A stretch of DNA of 64,000 nt from Trichinella spiralis (GCF_000181795.1 NW_003526943.1:1855647-1919646), one strand, 5' to 3'; positions 1 through 16,522 are shown, numbered from the stretch's first letter. Numbers and translations: made by a program. The notes: generated from the sequence alone by a model not told the origin.

Positions 1-3000
1 TAAAAATATTTGCACTAAAATAAACATCCAGAAACTGGATTTTGTACGCATGAATTTTAATATCGAAGCTGTTTTAATGTAAAATTATATTTAATTCTTA
101 TGATAAATAACATGAGTTGTATTTTGAAAAATGTCATTCATGTCGGAAAGAACGATAAAATGTACGTATCATAGCCTCTAATCTTCATAACAACAACATG
201 ACTTGTTAATTGAAAATCATTTAAAATACTCTTCTTTAAAATGAAGCAATGAAAGAAGAGATATAAAAGCTGGTATTAAGTTTTAAGTAAAATTAATCAT
301 GATGAAAGTGTGATAAAATGTTTAGAAATTAAAAGGCATTTATTTGAAACAGTGACATACATAACAGACATTATTTTATAATAAAGTAAAATAATTTATT
401 GGCCATGTCTGTATTTTATGAGAAGAGAATTAATTATCAGTAGTTATTAATCAAATCAAAGTTGTAATGAAAAATTCACTGACAATTATGATTTACATGT
501 GCAAAAATTTTAATGTACCATAAGCAATAAAATATACTATTTATATTGGTTATTATAAATACATTTTACAAAGATATTTTCACACCAATGGCTTGTCTAA
601 ATTTAATTAAATATGGTTCTGGTTATCATTCAGTAAAACAATTATTTATAAAATTTGAATAAAGTGAAAACGTTTTCTTATTTTCTATGCCCATCAATTT
701 TTAAATTAAATTTACGAAACTCTGAACATTAATTTTGAATTGTCCTTTAAAGGAAATAAGGAAATATCATGCTGGCGAACAACCTGTGCATTAGCAAAAT
801 TTTATTTTGTAAATTTTTTAGAACAAGAATAATGCACCTCTTTAATTTATTTTTAGTAATGCAAAAATGCTAAATGCAAGTTATTAACTGCAATTTATAA
901 TGTATAACGTTGCCAAATTAAAAACATTTTATGTGAATTTTATTTCAAATATCTTAATTACTGATAAATTTCTGTTTGCAGCAGTTTATCCTCACAGTTT
1001 ATGAATTAGATAATGGAGGTTACATATTTCATAATTAAGATGATTACATATTATCATATAAATTTTATATTTGTGCTAATATTTTACTGTATTTGATGAA
1101 ACTTTAATCACTTTATCCGAATGATTTAAGATTATAGTAATGATTTTAATATAGATAAAAGACTTTTAATAATCTTTATGCTGTTAGAAGTTCATTGCAT
1201 ATAAAAAAATTTATGCGAAATATTAAAATGATTAAAGGTCTTAAACCTGTTTTTCTTTCATTTACAGCACAACACAAAATAAAGAATTAATACCATTCAG
1301 TTTTGAAACTATACCAATTGTAAAATGTAAATGAGTTTCGTTAAATGAAGTTTCAAAATTTTCAATATATGAAACAGTTCATAAGTACTGAAAGGAACAG
1401 TAGCGCTGTTGCAAGATGTATGTTGAATTTCTTATGCTTATGTTCAAAAAAACTGCAACGTAGATCAACTTTAAAATTTTAATTATAAAGTACATTATGA
1501 ATGTATATAAAATTACAGCTAGGATAAATTTTAAGTTTGTTCGTATATAAGTAGTAATGAAGCTTTATTTTTGGTGAATAATTGTTGCATTTTAAATATT
1601 AAATTTCAAAAATTAAAGTAGTTGAATTTGAACTGAAAACTGAAGCAGTTTAAAACAAAATTGAAACATAAAAGGCGCTTTTTTCTTAAATTTTGAAATA
1701 AAATATGAAAAATAATCTAGTGTTTCAGTTAGTATAATATTTGATTAATTAATAAAAATTATAATAGCACAAAACAACGATTCTGTTTATATTAGAACTC
1801 CTTTAATTAGATACTGTTCCACATATAGTAATCTTGAAATGTTTAAGTTTATATGAGACAGATTTAATTTACGCTTCTTGTATTTCAAAAGCGTATATTA
1901 ATTCTTTTCATATATAGAAGTTGTAATTGTTTAATAAATGCGTTATTGGAGCGAAATGTTCGTATCTGGTCGTTAAGACGACCAGACAAGAGGCGGAAGT
2001 TCTTGCACAGCTTGCATTAACCGCCCGCTGGATATTTCTGATAACTTTATCAAATTGATGCAAACTATGTTGTTGTTGAAAAGTTTTACAAAATTAAGCC
2101 ATTCTTAATAGAATTGTAAATTCAAGTGCAATTTCCAGTAGAGTATAGATCAGATATTAAAAACTTCTCTATTAAAGCACGTATTTTTTTCAAATGGACG
2201 ATTTTAATTTAAAAGAAAAAAAAGGAATCCATATTTGATACTGTTCACTCGTGATGGGTTCTTGCAGTGAAAAAAGGATGACATAGAAGAACTGAGATTG
2301 GCCATGACACAGATTAACGGTCTCCTATTGTAGTACACGTTAATTAGCCGCTCAGCTACTGGAAATTAAGCCGCTAATCGTTCCGTTGCAATGGTGATCA
2401 TGCAAAGCAATAAACGACTGACCATCTTGGACAATTTGTCATCATTAAAATCACCTACTGAGAAGTGTAATTGCCAATGGAACAATAGGACATCGTCGAC
2501 GCGGAACGGACGCTCATGTTCAACCTAAGCTAACAAGAAAGCCACACCGTCGGCGGTAACTTAGCGCCTGCACAGATCATCTGCGCTCAATTAGCCTCGA
2601 AGAATCTCATTGTCAACTGTAATAAAAGCACATTCACAAATTATACAGATAATCATGACAAAAGATTATTCTGTTCTTCAAAAGAGACAGACTATAATAT
2701 AAAGTTACACATTTTCAAGTGTTTATTTATGTAATAATATAGTTATTCATTTTTATTTTTATCTTTTGAAAGGCTTTTATTAAAAGCAGTTCTTATAAAT
2801 TACTTTATATATTATAAATTATTGCTACATTTAATATTTATTTCAAAATTTGTAATTTTATAAATGTTTATATACTTCATTTCAAAATACTGTAAAACAT
2901 TAAAAAATATTTTTCTCCTTTACACTTTACAAAATAATTAATCTGCGTTATAATGGATTGTTTTTATAAAAAACAGCATATTAAATCTAAATGCTTATAA

Positions 3001-4425
3001 ATAAATAATAAAAAATATCTGAAATTATTATTATATTCCACTAACGAATATTAATCAGTGTTCTGTAAATTCTTAACAAAAGTAATTTATCATATTAATT
3101 GATTTATAAAAAGATTTTGAATTTTTTAGTTACAAATGCAATACACAAAAATGTATATTTTCAACTAAATTGAAGTAATTTTGCAGAAAAGCTAAGCATG
3201 CATTAGAAAAATTATAACTTGAAATAAGTTTCAATAAGTAAATATGATTAAATTTAATGGAAGAAATTACAGTTTTTGGAGCAAAAATTTTATGAAAACA
3301 ACTGCAGAGCTTGCAACAATCTTTGCTTTTTAATATTGCAAGTTTTAAACAATAGTCGTTTTATATTTGTTATTTTTATTTGTGCAATATTCATTGTTTT
3401 ATGAAATTTCATTAAATAATAACATATAGCTTTAAGGAGTATGCTTTTTTTAAATCATTTTATAATTCAAATGCATAACAAACAAACTAAAATGAGTTAA
3501 TATAATAAAATTTCAAATATTAAAAATATTGAACAGCATGTTACTTTAAAATATTTCAACGTTTGTTCATGTGAAACTTAAAATGGATAAACTTGAACTC
3601 AATTTTAATGATAATTGAAACTGCAAATTTTTATTTTTAATAAGCAGAAATTAAGGTATTATTCATTCATTGTATCGTTTATAGGAACATATAAATTAAT
3701 TTTTTTAACATTTTATTTATAATTTGGTAAATATAATTTGGAAATAAATTTTATAAATGAAATATTTCATTAGAAATTTACAGCTCTAAACTGAACTCAC
3801 AGGTAAGAATAACTCTTATTTAACTATATTTCAATGCACAATTTAAAGCAAGTAATTGAAGATGCTTTGTAGGAAATTTAATTCTGAAGAAGGCAGGTTC
3901 TCTAAGACACATTTTGTCGATATAATTTAGTTTGAATTCAAAGCTAGAAGCAAAATCAGCGCGTCATTTGATATTGTGTCATTTGTATTAGTGAAGTGAT
4001 CCGATTATAGATGCGCTGATTCCTAGTCAACACATTTTTCTAATCGACCAAAAGCGCTTTCAATTTTGAATTTAGATAATTGATTTGAAGTTAATAAATA
4101 TCTGTTTATAGCCGCATGAGTGTATTGGCGAATGAAGACGTTCACATGCAGGTGTCGATTAAGCTGGATCAATGTTTGTCCTGCCAGAGGGCGCTTGCTT
4201 TTGATCAGCATTACACACTTGTACTGTAGTCCATTTAAAATTCGACACATTTCCGCTTTGCTGTGATTGGTTGTTGATGTCATCACTTCATGAAAGCATC
4301 AGCAAATTATACTTGTATCACGTGGAAAAGGAAAGAGGCATCAACGTTTGCGCAAATTGAAGCCACACGAGCTCATTTATTCAATCATACAATATAAAGA
4401 AATCCTTTTTTTATTGGGCATTTCA

Positions 4426-7138
<2,713 letters not shown>

Positions 7139-9057
7139 TAATCAAATATGAAAATATTTCTTTCTTCATTGCAATATCATCTAATAAGATCTATATATAA
7201 AATTTTGCATTTTTTCATATGGCGGTAGTGCTATGGAAATCAATGGCTGTTATCTTGTTGTATTGTGCAACTTTTAAAAATAATAAACTAAGAAATTCTT
7301 TATTGCAAATCTATTCTTTTAATAAAGTTGGGATTCTGTTTTTGTTTAATAATAAAACTTATTATTAAAGTAATATTTTAATATTATGCATAAATATTTT
7401 GAATAAACTAATTTTATTACTGCACAGCTGACAGGAATAATTTATTCCCATTATCTTGCAATATACTACTATCAATTTCAACTTTAAAAAAATAACAATA
7501 AGCTACATTATAAGCTGCTTTATTTCATTTTTATACTTCATTATTATTTACGTTTTATTCAGGGAAAAATTTGATTTTTAGAATATGTTCGAGTTGTATT
7601 CCAGGTAAACATCTTCTATTTTTGTTATATATTATGAATTTTATTTATGAAAAAGAACGTTTTGAGTATTTTAAAAAGATAGAACTATAGGAATGTAAAT
7701 TTTAAATCTTGCTACAGTTTATTTAATTTCTAGAATAAAGTTTTGCTGTTATTTTCAAATAATAAAACAATTTAATTTATTTAATTTGAATTGATCTCCT
7801 CACTTGCAGTGCAAATATTACCTCAAGAAATGGCATACTGTAAATCTGTGTAAAGTCTTAATGGTAAATTTAACAAGAAAGGAAAATGGAAAATTTTTAA
7901 TTTTATAAAAAAAGGTTTATGTAAAGGCAGTTATTCTATGTTTTGCTAAACGACAGCTTTTGCTCATTCTCTCACTGCAGGCGATGGCATTATCAGAAAG
8001 TAATTAAGCTGATGTTTCTGAAAGATAATTGAACAAAGCATGGATTGAGAAAAGTCATTATTCCAATTCTGCATACAAGTTACATGGATTGGTGGAAAGT
8101 GAAGGAAATTGAAAGATTATCGTGTAAATAGCAAAGATTAAGACGGTCAGTGCCTTTCTGAAGAGTTGATGAGAAAAGGCGATGAAGCTTTCCATCATTG
8201 CAACCCTAACTATTAATTATCTTTAACCACATGACGTTTCTATTTAAAAGCTTTTACTTTACTGCTGATAGGCTGACGTTGCTCTGAATCATTCGATTTA
8301 AATAACCGATGACTTGGATAAGCGTTCAATTTCTACTTGTGGACATCAGCAACAATATTTTCCATCACGGCCCAGTGCACTGCACAGCAAAATCACTTAC
8401 ATGTAAAGTCCCCAAAATCGATTTTGCTTTTTCCAAAAAATTATTTACTTATTTATTATTATTGATATCTATTATTTTCCAAATGTAATTATTTCAAAAG
8501 AAAATATGAAATCAGTTGTTAGATATTTTGAAATAAAGAAATATTTATTCATATTTTGCATGTCCATTGAATTAAATTTTCCAAACCATTGACATCAAAT
8601 AGACATCTGGAAATACTGATAATTTTAAACAGCAAATCACTTTCATAGATGCTTTAGCGTCATCATCTACACTGCACTGATGATAAATGGAAATTATAAA
8701 ATATAGATACAGATCAGCAGTGTTTGCTTGCAATTGTTACAAACAGTTTCTACAGTTATGCGTACATATTTTTGAAATTAATTTTTTCTGAAAGTTTACA
8801 TGAGTATCATAATAATAAACAATTATTTTATGATAAGTTTATTAAATTTACAACTTATAGACAATACTAACAAAATCGTATTTTAAGAATTAATTTTAAT
8901 GACTAAGTTGAGCAGCACTCCTTCTTGCAATTATCCGACATGACAAATATTAAAACCAAACATTACATTTTGAAAAAAAAACTTTCATATAGAAAAAGAA
9001 TATCAAAATTCAGCTATTACAGTCAACTTTGATTGCTTTCATTAGATTTGAAAGCAT

Positions 9058-9701
9058 CACATTTCAGAAGGGAGTAAATAATTTGGTATTTTTGTATAAT
9101 TATTGGTAGTTTGCGCAAAAAGCCACTTCTTATGGAAACTTTCTTCAGGATTGTTCATGGTAATCTGAAAATTGAAATTCTTAATAACCAATTTTGAAAA
9201 TCAGTAGAATACGTATCTTTATTTTACTTTGAATATAAATTTATTAGTAAAATTTGTAAAACCCATATTTTTAAAATGTGCAGCATGTTTTTATTTTATA
9301 ATTTTTATATAAATAACTTTACCCAAATTTTAAATAATTTGTTACCTTCATTTGCATATACACCGGTTGCTTGCTTTGAAATGTGGAAGTCATATCCTCC
9401 GCCTTCAGCCACTTCGTCACACTCTTGTACGCTGGTCTAGCAAAATGCTTTGCAACGAAAGCGGTAGCATTTAGAAAATTTCCCCAGTAGCAGTTTTGAC
9501 GAAAGCAACGATAGAATATGATGTTTTCGAAAGGGTTGATGAAATATTTCGACAATTTATTCTCGGTTTTATTTTCCTCAGCACAAGGTGGATATTGTTC
9601 AAGTTTCAGAGTCACAGGCATACCGTGAGGAATCCCATCCATCACTGAGAACAACTTATCATCATACGTCTTAGTATTTTCACACGGTAACTGCGTCATT
9701 A
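9058..9701 (-). CDS. Hypothetical lineage-specific protein; at least two exons (~9701-9346, ~9164-9058), 5' end unresolved
   Basis: 126-aa ORF with acceptor TTTTCTAACAG and donor AAG|GTAAC. The downstream exon after TTTCAG continues in frame (ITMNNPEESFHKKWLFAQ...EM*). No recognisable domain. Confidence 0.55.
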
Positions 9702-10686
9702 CTGTTAGAAAAAGCAGAACAGTACAAATCTGAATGAACAGTGCTTAAAGCTGAAATATTAATGCTGAAATCGAATGCCGAATTCTCACTCTTACAGTGT
9801 TGAACAGTTGAAGTGTTTAAAGCATTTAAAGCATTTTTCACAAAAAGAATTGTTTGAAATAGTTTAAATTTATTTTGAAAATTTAAACAATCTTTCAAAA
9901 CAAACAATTTAATCTTTTTTAAAGTCAGAGTTAAACAAAAGTTGCTTTTACTCAAGAATAATGAATAAAAAATCTTATTTCATATTTAACTTGATGTGTA
10001 ATGTTGTATTTTCAAAAATTACCATTGCACATTGTAGGTTGAAGGAAGAAAACGCCTAATCTTCATTTCATCCATCAACTAACTGTGAAACTTTTCATTT
10101 CTGCAACACAAAAGAAACAAATCGCCAAAAAATATCATAAATTCTCAAATATAATAAGTATAAAAATAGGTGGCACAGTGTGTAAATATTGGTAAAATGA
10201 AAATTAAAAGTAAGGTATTCTGAAAAAAGAAATATACACAATTGACATATGGATGGTATACATTCTTTGATTCTTAAATTCTTTGTTCTAATAATATTCA
10301 AACATTTCACATTTGGTTGAAAATTATAAAAATCTCTCATCACAATTACAATGCAATAGAAGAAATTATAAAAGAAAAAATTACAATTTGAAATTCTGCT
10401 TGCAGATTTGATAGTTAATTTTATATTTAGCTGCTTCTAAAATAATAACAATAATAATTAGAAGAGAACAACTTTCCATAAATAATATGTTTATTATATG
10501 AACTGTCAACAAAATTATACCGCACACATTAACAATAACCAAAAGAAAAACAAGCCCTCATTTCGAGCAGCATCAGTATTCTTACATCAGTTTGAAAATT
10601 TTTTAAAAATACCAACGGTGCTCGAATTGAAAATGAAAAAGAAAATTGATAAAGAGAAACCATATTCATGTTTCCAATTTAGAAAA

Positions 10687-11235
10687 TTATTCACGATGAA
10701 GAAGAACAACAGCAGCAAGGACGGACAAAAGCACGTACTTCAGCTTTGGATAATCGTTCATCAGAATAGTGACAATGCCGACGTAGGGCACGCATCCTTT
10801 GGCGCGCCCAATTACGTCTTTTCGCTTCAGCCAAAACTGACCCGGGGCATACAAGCCTCTGTCGTCGACGGCGTTGTTGTCGCCTTTGGTCAAAAACAGC
10901 ACCTCGCCATTAGCATCTTGGTGAACCTTCAATACCCGGTGCACGATTGGAATTTCACGCCCCTCAATTTTGAACACGGTCACATCGCCGGCATGGATCG
11001 GATCGTCAGTGTTGGTCAAGAATAGCAAATCTCCACGATAAAATGCTGGCTCCATACTGCCGCTGAGAACCACCACCACGGGACTCTCGGATCCGGTCAA
11101 GACAATCAACGATTTCCAAGTCATCAAAGCTGAGCAGACGATCATCATACAATTCAGCACTTGGTAGAACAGCTGCCGCTTGTTCATTCGCTTCACTTCG
11201 TTGAACATGGAAAATTCGAACAGTGACTTCAACAT
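10687..11235 (-). CDS. SEC11: Signal peptidase complex catalytic subunit SEC11 (intronless CDS)
   Basis: Motifs [46 protein letters not shown] and the C-terminal HRE. Confidence 0.97.
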   Translation of the reverse strand: MLKSLFEFSMFNEVKRMNKRQLFYQVLNCMMIVCSALMTWKSLIVLTGSESPVVVVLSGSMEPAFYRGDLLFLTNTDDPIHAGDVTVFKIEGREIPIVHRVLKVHQDANGEVLFLTKGDNNAVDDRGLYAPGQFWLKRKDVIGRAKGCVPYVGIVTILMNDYPKLKYVLLSVLAAVVLLHRE

Positions 11236-11332
11236 TGCTGAAAAATCTGCAAAACAAGAAAAATAAGCAACCTAACTTGTTAAAACGTTGATGAAACACA
11301 ATCATGGCTTTTTCCACTTTTTCCTTGTTTTT

Positions 11333-11353
11333 CACACACACACACACACACAC
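11333..11353. repeat. (CA)n microsatellite in the RRP40-SEC11 spacer
   Basis: cacacacacacacacacaca. Confidence 0.9.
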
Positions 11354-11371
11354 AAACATGTCAAAATTTAT

Positions 11372-12836
11372 TCAAACAGCACATTCGTTGGAAGTAAAAT
11401 TTTTGAAAGCAGTTTTGATCACTTCAGCTTGCCGATGATGAGGTACAATGTTTCCCAATTGCAGTGCATGCGAGATGGCCATCCTTTGGCGAGCGGTTGA
11501 GGCACGGATCCAAACCCAACCGTTCATTCCGATGGCCAACTCGCATGGAACTTCCTTACCGACGGCCAACAGAACTTGCTTCTTCCTACCCAACAGTCTT
11601 CTCGCATAAGCTGGTGGCATTTTCAGCATCATGCCATCACTGGGCAATATGCCTACAATTAAGAACAAATAATTCACACTTCCCAGCAAAAACCATGCTA
11701 TTCAATTTTCAACCCAAATTATTCGCTTTGCCCATTTCATCCTTGCACACTAATTCTGGTTCAATGTCGTGCTTTAACCTGCCATAAATAACATCACCCA
11801 TATTCACCACTGGTCTCATTCTTTTGGTCGCATTTTCAAAAGACAAGTAATGGATAATTGCCGTCTTCCAAGCACCAATTTCCACTTTCCAATAATCCAT
11901 CCATTTGCCAACCACAATGCCTACAACTCTGTCACCGGCATATGGAAAATAAGCTTTTTCACAGAAATCAATCCAAATTCCATCTTTACGTTGCAGTGCC
12001 ATGCCAAAATGCGTGCTTATCAACTGATTTGACGACAACCTCACGCCTGGACCCATCGCCAAAGGAAGATGGAACACCGGACCCAAGTCATCGCCAGGAA
12101 AAACCAACCTTTTCTGCAACTTAGGACTATTTCGCAATGCATTCTCACTGAAATTAAAATCACAAACAAAATATTATTACAAATCGGACCAACATCTGTT
12201 AATATTTCAAATAACAATAAATAAACTAACTATGATGATCAATTGAATATCTAAACAAAAATTTTTTAATGGAATCAACAAATTAAAATGAAGTCAATAA
12301 CCAAAAAACCTTTTTCAGTACATTTGAGTTTATTCATGCTTTTGTGATGCTAAAAAAATTATTTTCAAAACAACTGTAAAATTTAGTTTCGATATGTTAG
12401 AATGCATTTTCTTCACAAATACATATTAAAATAATGTCAGCCAAAAAATAAACAATATTACATCACGGTTATAATTATTAATGAAAAAATGTACAACAAC
12501 TATTATTACAATGACAACACAATTACAGTTACAATAGTAACAAACATTACAATTCTAGAATAGCAGATGATAAATATCATTAAACAAACAATCAAAACAG
12601 TACACTCTAGCATCAACAATCAAATTAAATTAAAAATCATAAAAATTCATATGCTTTGAGTTGAAAAATATCATTTTAACAGACTAATTTATAGCTAAAA
12701 TTATCAAATTCTGCACTTATTATGAATTAACAAAACATTACCTATCTTCTATCATTTTTTTGCGGGCCAGTGATTTTTTATCTGAGTCTTTTGACTTTTT
12801 TGTCAATGCTTTACTGCATCCAGGTTTCAATGACAT
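11372..12836 (-). CDS. EXOSC3: Exosome complex component RRP40/EXOSC3; exons 12836(or 12755)-12742, 12147-11714, 11652-11372
   Basis: VFPGDD, Y.P..GD.V.GIV (S1 domain), YLSFENATKRMRP, EPELVC and ELAIGMNGWVWI (KH-like). All three exons join in frame at GT-AG introns. Confidence 0.9.
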
Positions 12837-13198
12837 TATCTTTAGCACACTCTCCAGCTAGGATTTTTTTATTAAAATTGCCAATGAATAGCTTACTTAC
12901 TGTATCTTGATAATTAAGTTCTGTATGAAAATAAATTCAAAGCAAAATATAAAATAAATATATAAAAAAGCAATAAATGTTCAATTTTTCGTATATTTTT
13001 AACTTTAATCATAGTTTAATTAAAACATAAATTTATCATAAAATACAGTATGAAATGAGAAAATTAAGATTTATTAAACAAGCTAGAAAATGTAAAAGTT
13101 ACAAGAAGTTATAATAAAAGACTGTTCTTTATAAAAGTTAAATATTTTTTGCTATAGTTTGTTTTCACAAAGCAGATTAGTATGATGTGCTTTGAATT

Positions 13199-13574
13199 TG
13201 TAGCGAGCCGCTCCCTCGAGCGGGCTCGTTCACTTCCTCCAACATGTTATTGGCGCGTTCGTCGCTATTCGGCAACGGGCCGGTATTGACCGGCGGGTTT
13301 CCCTTTCTTTCTGATTCGCGCTTTCCTGATGGCATAGTAGCAATCAAACAAAAGGCAGTAAGTATATTTTTTATTGGCAACCGCGAGCGAGAACCGACGA
13401 CGATGTGTTACCGCAAGCTTCTCCGACAGCACAACAACGACTCTCACACGTATGTCCGTACTACCGTACTCCACCTCTGATTTTCAAGTCCAATTTTTCT
13501 TACGGTAGCTTCACCTTTCTTCCGCTTTGTTGTCTGGAGGACTAGAGTTGTTCGCTCGGTCCGCGTCCGCTACA
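13199..13574 (-). mobile_element. Probable solo LTR (~376 bp)
   Basis: GC-rich island with sharp edges. Termini TGTAGCG...CGCTACA form a 7-bp inverted repeat with TG...CA ends. Internal AATAAA on the minus strand. Flanks aatt/catt match 3 of 4 (possible eroded TSD). Confidence 0.7.
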
Positions 13575-14157
13575 CATTCAGTATGGAAATGTAAAATTTT
13601 GCATCGTTTTTCAACTGTGTTTGTATATTTAATGGTTGTTGTTATGGTTTATTGGTTATGCTTCACGCGTCGTTGCTTATAATCAATGAAAAATGACAAC
13701 AGTCAAAACACATATATGAAAAACCGAAAAAGTTGCACTGCAGTGTGACAAGGTGATTGATTAAAACTTGCAGCAGATTGTTTATGTAAAAAGAAATTCA
13801 GTAAGGGCGAATTAAATTAAATTTATTATTAATTACAAATTTAGTAAAGCTGAATTGCATAGAATAATTATTTCAAGAGCTGCTGGTTTCTGTAAAATGA
13901 AAGAGAATTTTTAAATAATTTACTTCTTCATAAAGTGTGAAAATGAGAACAAAAACAGTTTTACGCTCTGTTAATAAATATAACAGATTCTTAATGTACT
14001 TCCTTATTGAAATACATACCTTTTAAAAAATGAAAAATAGTCATACAGATCGAAATAAAATAGCAACATTTATTTAAAATGCGCTACTATTAATTTATAA
14101 CTTCATTCAATAACAGAAATAAAACAGTTTATCAGTATATACATTTGATCAACAGAT

Positions 14158-16522
14158 CTAACCCATATTGATAGGAATCAAGCTGCCCAATATAGAAGCA
14201 ATGTCGCCGGGTTGTTGGCAATGGCCTTCATCATCTGGGAACAAGCCAACGCAACAGCCATTAAACAGTATATGAAACTCACCATTATTTAATATTACTT
14301 TGCTTCCGACACATTGATCAAGATTGCATAATCTCGACTGAGTTGCTGGACAAGATAAACCTACCCCACTATGGCATATTCTTTGACGTACGGTATTTCC
14401 ACATCCTCCGCAGTTTTGTGAGCACGGCGACCACTCTGACCATTGCTCACAAGGACAGCTATCTATTATTACCTCAGGTGCCGGAATAATTTTCTCTTCT
14501 TTCGGTGCCGTCCAATAGCGCACCCGAAATCCGTTAGCCGTTTTTGTTCCAGCTTTGAAAATAATTAGCATTTCAGAACCGTTAGAATAATACATTTTAG
14601 ATGGTGGTTGTGTATTGCAGCAAAATCGGTATCCTGTTTGATCAAAATTTGGTCCAGCATTTAGTTCTACATAACTATCACTGCACACTTCTTCACAGGG
14701 AAAATCAAACACGTCGACAAATTCAAGCACAACCTTTTGATTATTGGATGGAGCTTTCAAAAGCCAATAGCATTCTTGATATGGTTGAAACGATTCTGGA
14801 TAGGATGGACTTTGCACCAGCATTGGCTGATCGCTAGAAATTAATTCACCCCCACAGTGGTCGCCTCCATTGTCCACGTGTTCACAAAGTGGACCTTCAA
14901 ATCCCGTCGGACATGTGCACCGACTGCAGTCGTTCACATTCACGTATCCACCATGTAAACAGTTGAGCTTTGTCGAGCATTTGTTGTTGCAATACATCAT
15001 GTTTATAAGTTTATAGTCAAGGAAAGAAGGTGATATACGCTGTCCAAAAGTTGACTGATAATTTGGATCCATTGCAAGAATAGTTAATTCATCAGCATTG
15101 GTCATCAAGTTTTTTACCGTCGGTGGCATGTGCATCACACTTCCCGGATCATACATCGATCTAAAATGTTCGAACACACGGCTGCTGAGGCGACTGATCA
15201 CATCACGGTGCTCAGAAACAGTCTGCTCATAATTGACAATGATGTGTTCGTCACGATCGGGACGACTGTGTTCATGAAGAAGTCCAAGAGCGTGGCCAAT
15301 CTGGTGGCTCACGATACCTTCACTAGAACAACGCGGCCAAGCAATTGAAATATTCTGAATCCCGCCCACGCGACCGACAAAGCTAGAACAGCCGCCGTCG
15401 CTTTGGGAATCGTCGACAAAATTGATCGAAGCTACATTCGGTTCAAGCTGATCGCGTTCCTCAAATCTTATACAAGTGTTCTCTTGCCAAAGCTGCAATG
15501 CTCGAAGTATTGCATCACGGCTTGCATCCTTGAGAGAAGCTTCCATGCGGTATAAAATGTGATTTGTGTGCCATTTTTCAATAATCGGCCTCTGCTCATT
15601 TTTAGAAGATCTGAGATCACGATAGACCTGTTCATCAGTTAAGCGTTGCAAGATTTTCGCTTCTTCCATTAAAGCTTTCCACTGATTGTTTGTCAACTTC
15701 AAATCACCCATGAAAAGAGTTTTCAAATTATTCACATCTAATTCATTGGCTGCGGTTGCAAATGAATTTGACGATCGTCGGATATTTTTTTGGGTATCAA
15801 AAATTGGCTTCAACTTTTTCATTGAATTATTCTGGAATTGTTCTCCAAAAGAATTCAGTTCAATTGCACTGAAAGCTGCTTTCAATTCACGAATCTGCTC
15901 TTTAGTCACAGCTTCTGTGTAAATTGATTTCGGCTTGTTTGAATAAAAATTGTTGAAAATATTACCTGAAATGAATGACGAGCAAAAATTCTCTAGTGGG
16001 TGTGAAGAATAAATTGTATTTCATGTTTCAATACACTTTGAACGTTCTGAAAACGTTTCAATGCGTTTGAAAATGAAAAAAATAGTTGTAAAAGCTCGCT
16101 TTCTTATTATCAGAGCATAATAATAAAACAGCATCAACTTATGCAGAGAAGTAAAATTAAATTAAAATTTAAATTCCCATATTTCCATAAAATTATAATT
16201 TAAAAGCATTACCTGAAGATGGTTGAGCTATTTCGTCAGTGTTGGTTCTAAAAAGTGGCAAACAAACATCTGGCAAGTTTGGGAGTTTCACTTTATTGCC
16301 AAGATCATAGCACCAGTTTTTTAGCTCACGTTCACAGTCGGCAAAATTGCTTGCCGTCATTTGTTGACACCATTGTATTAGCTTGTCTGATTGTTCAAAA
16401 ATATCTTTTCTTCGTTCAAACCCTGCACCAATGAATCGACCACTTTCTAATGCTGATTGACCAATCGTAAAACAATACACTGTAGCCGTGCTTGTCAGGG
16501 TGATTATTAAATTGTAAAGCAT
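14158..16522 (-). CDS. Secreted astacin-family (NAS-33 to NAS-38 type) protein: signal/pro-peptide, astacin, EGF, CUB, TSP1; exons 16522-16213 and 15965-14158; catalytic Glu replaced by Gln
   Basis: Hydrophobic N-terminus; WQENTCIRF, GCSSFVGR, HQIGHALGLLHEHSRPDRD, SVMHM; EGF CLHGGY...CTCPTGFEGPLC; CUB QSPSYP; TSP1 WSEWSPCSQNCGGCG. The intron joins in frame. Confidence 0.93.

Noticed and set aside
10498..11025. 175-aa plus-strand ORF
   Set aside because: Antisense shadow of SEC11 with no motif.
13199..13574. GC-rich island as RNase P/MRP or telomerase RNA
   Set aside because: No recognisable conserved regions or telomeric template. TG...CA inverted termini and an internal AATAAA fit a solo LTR better.
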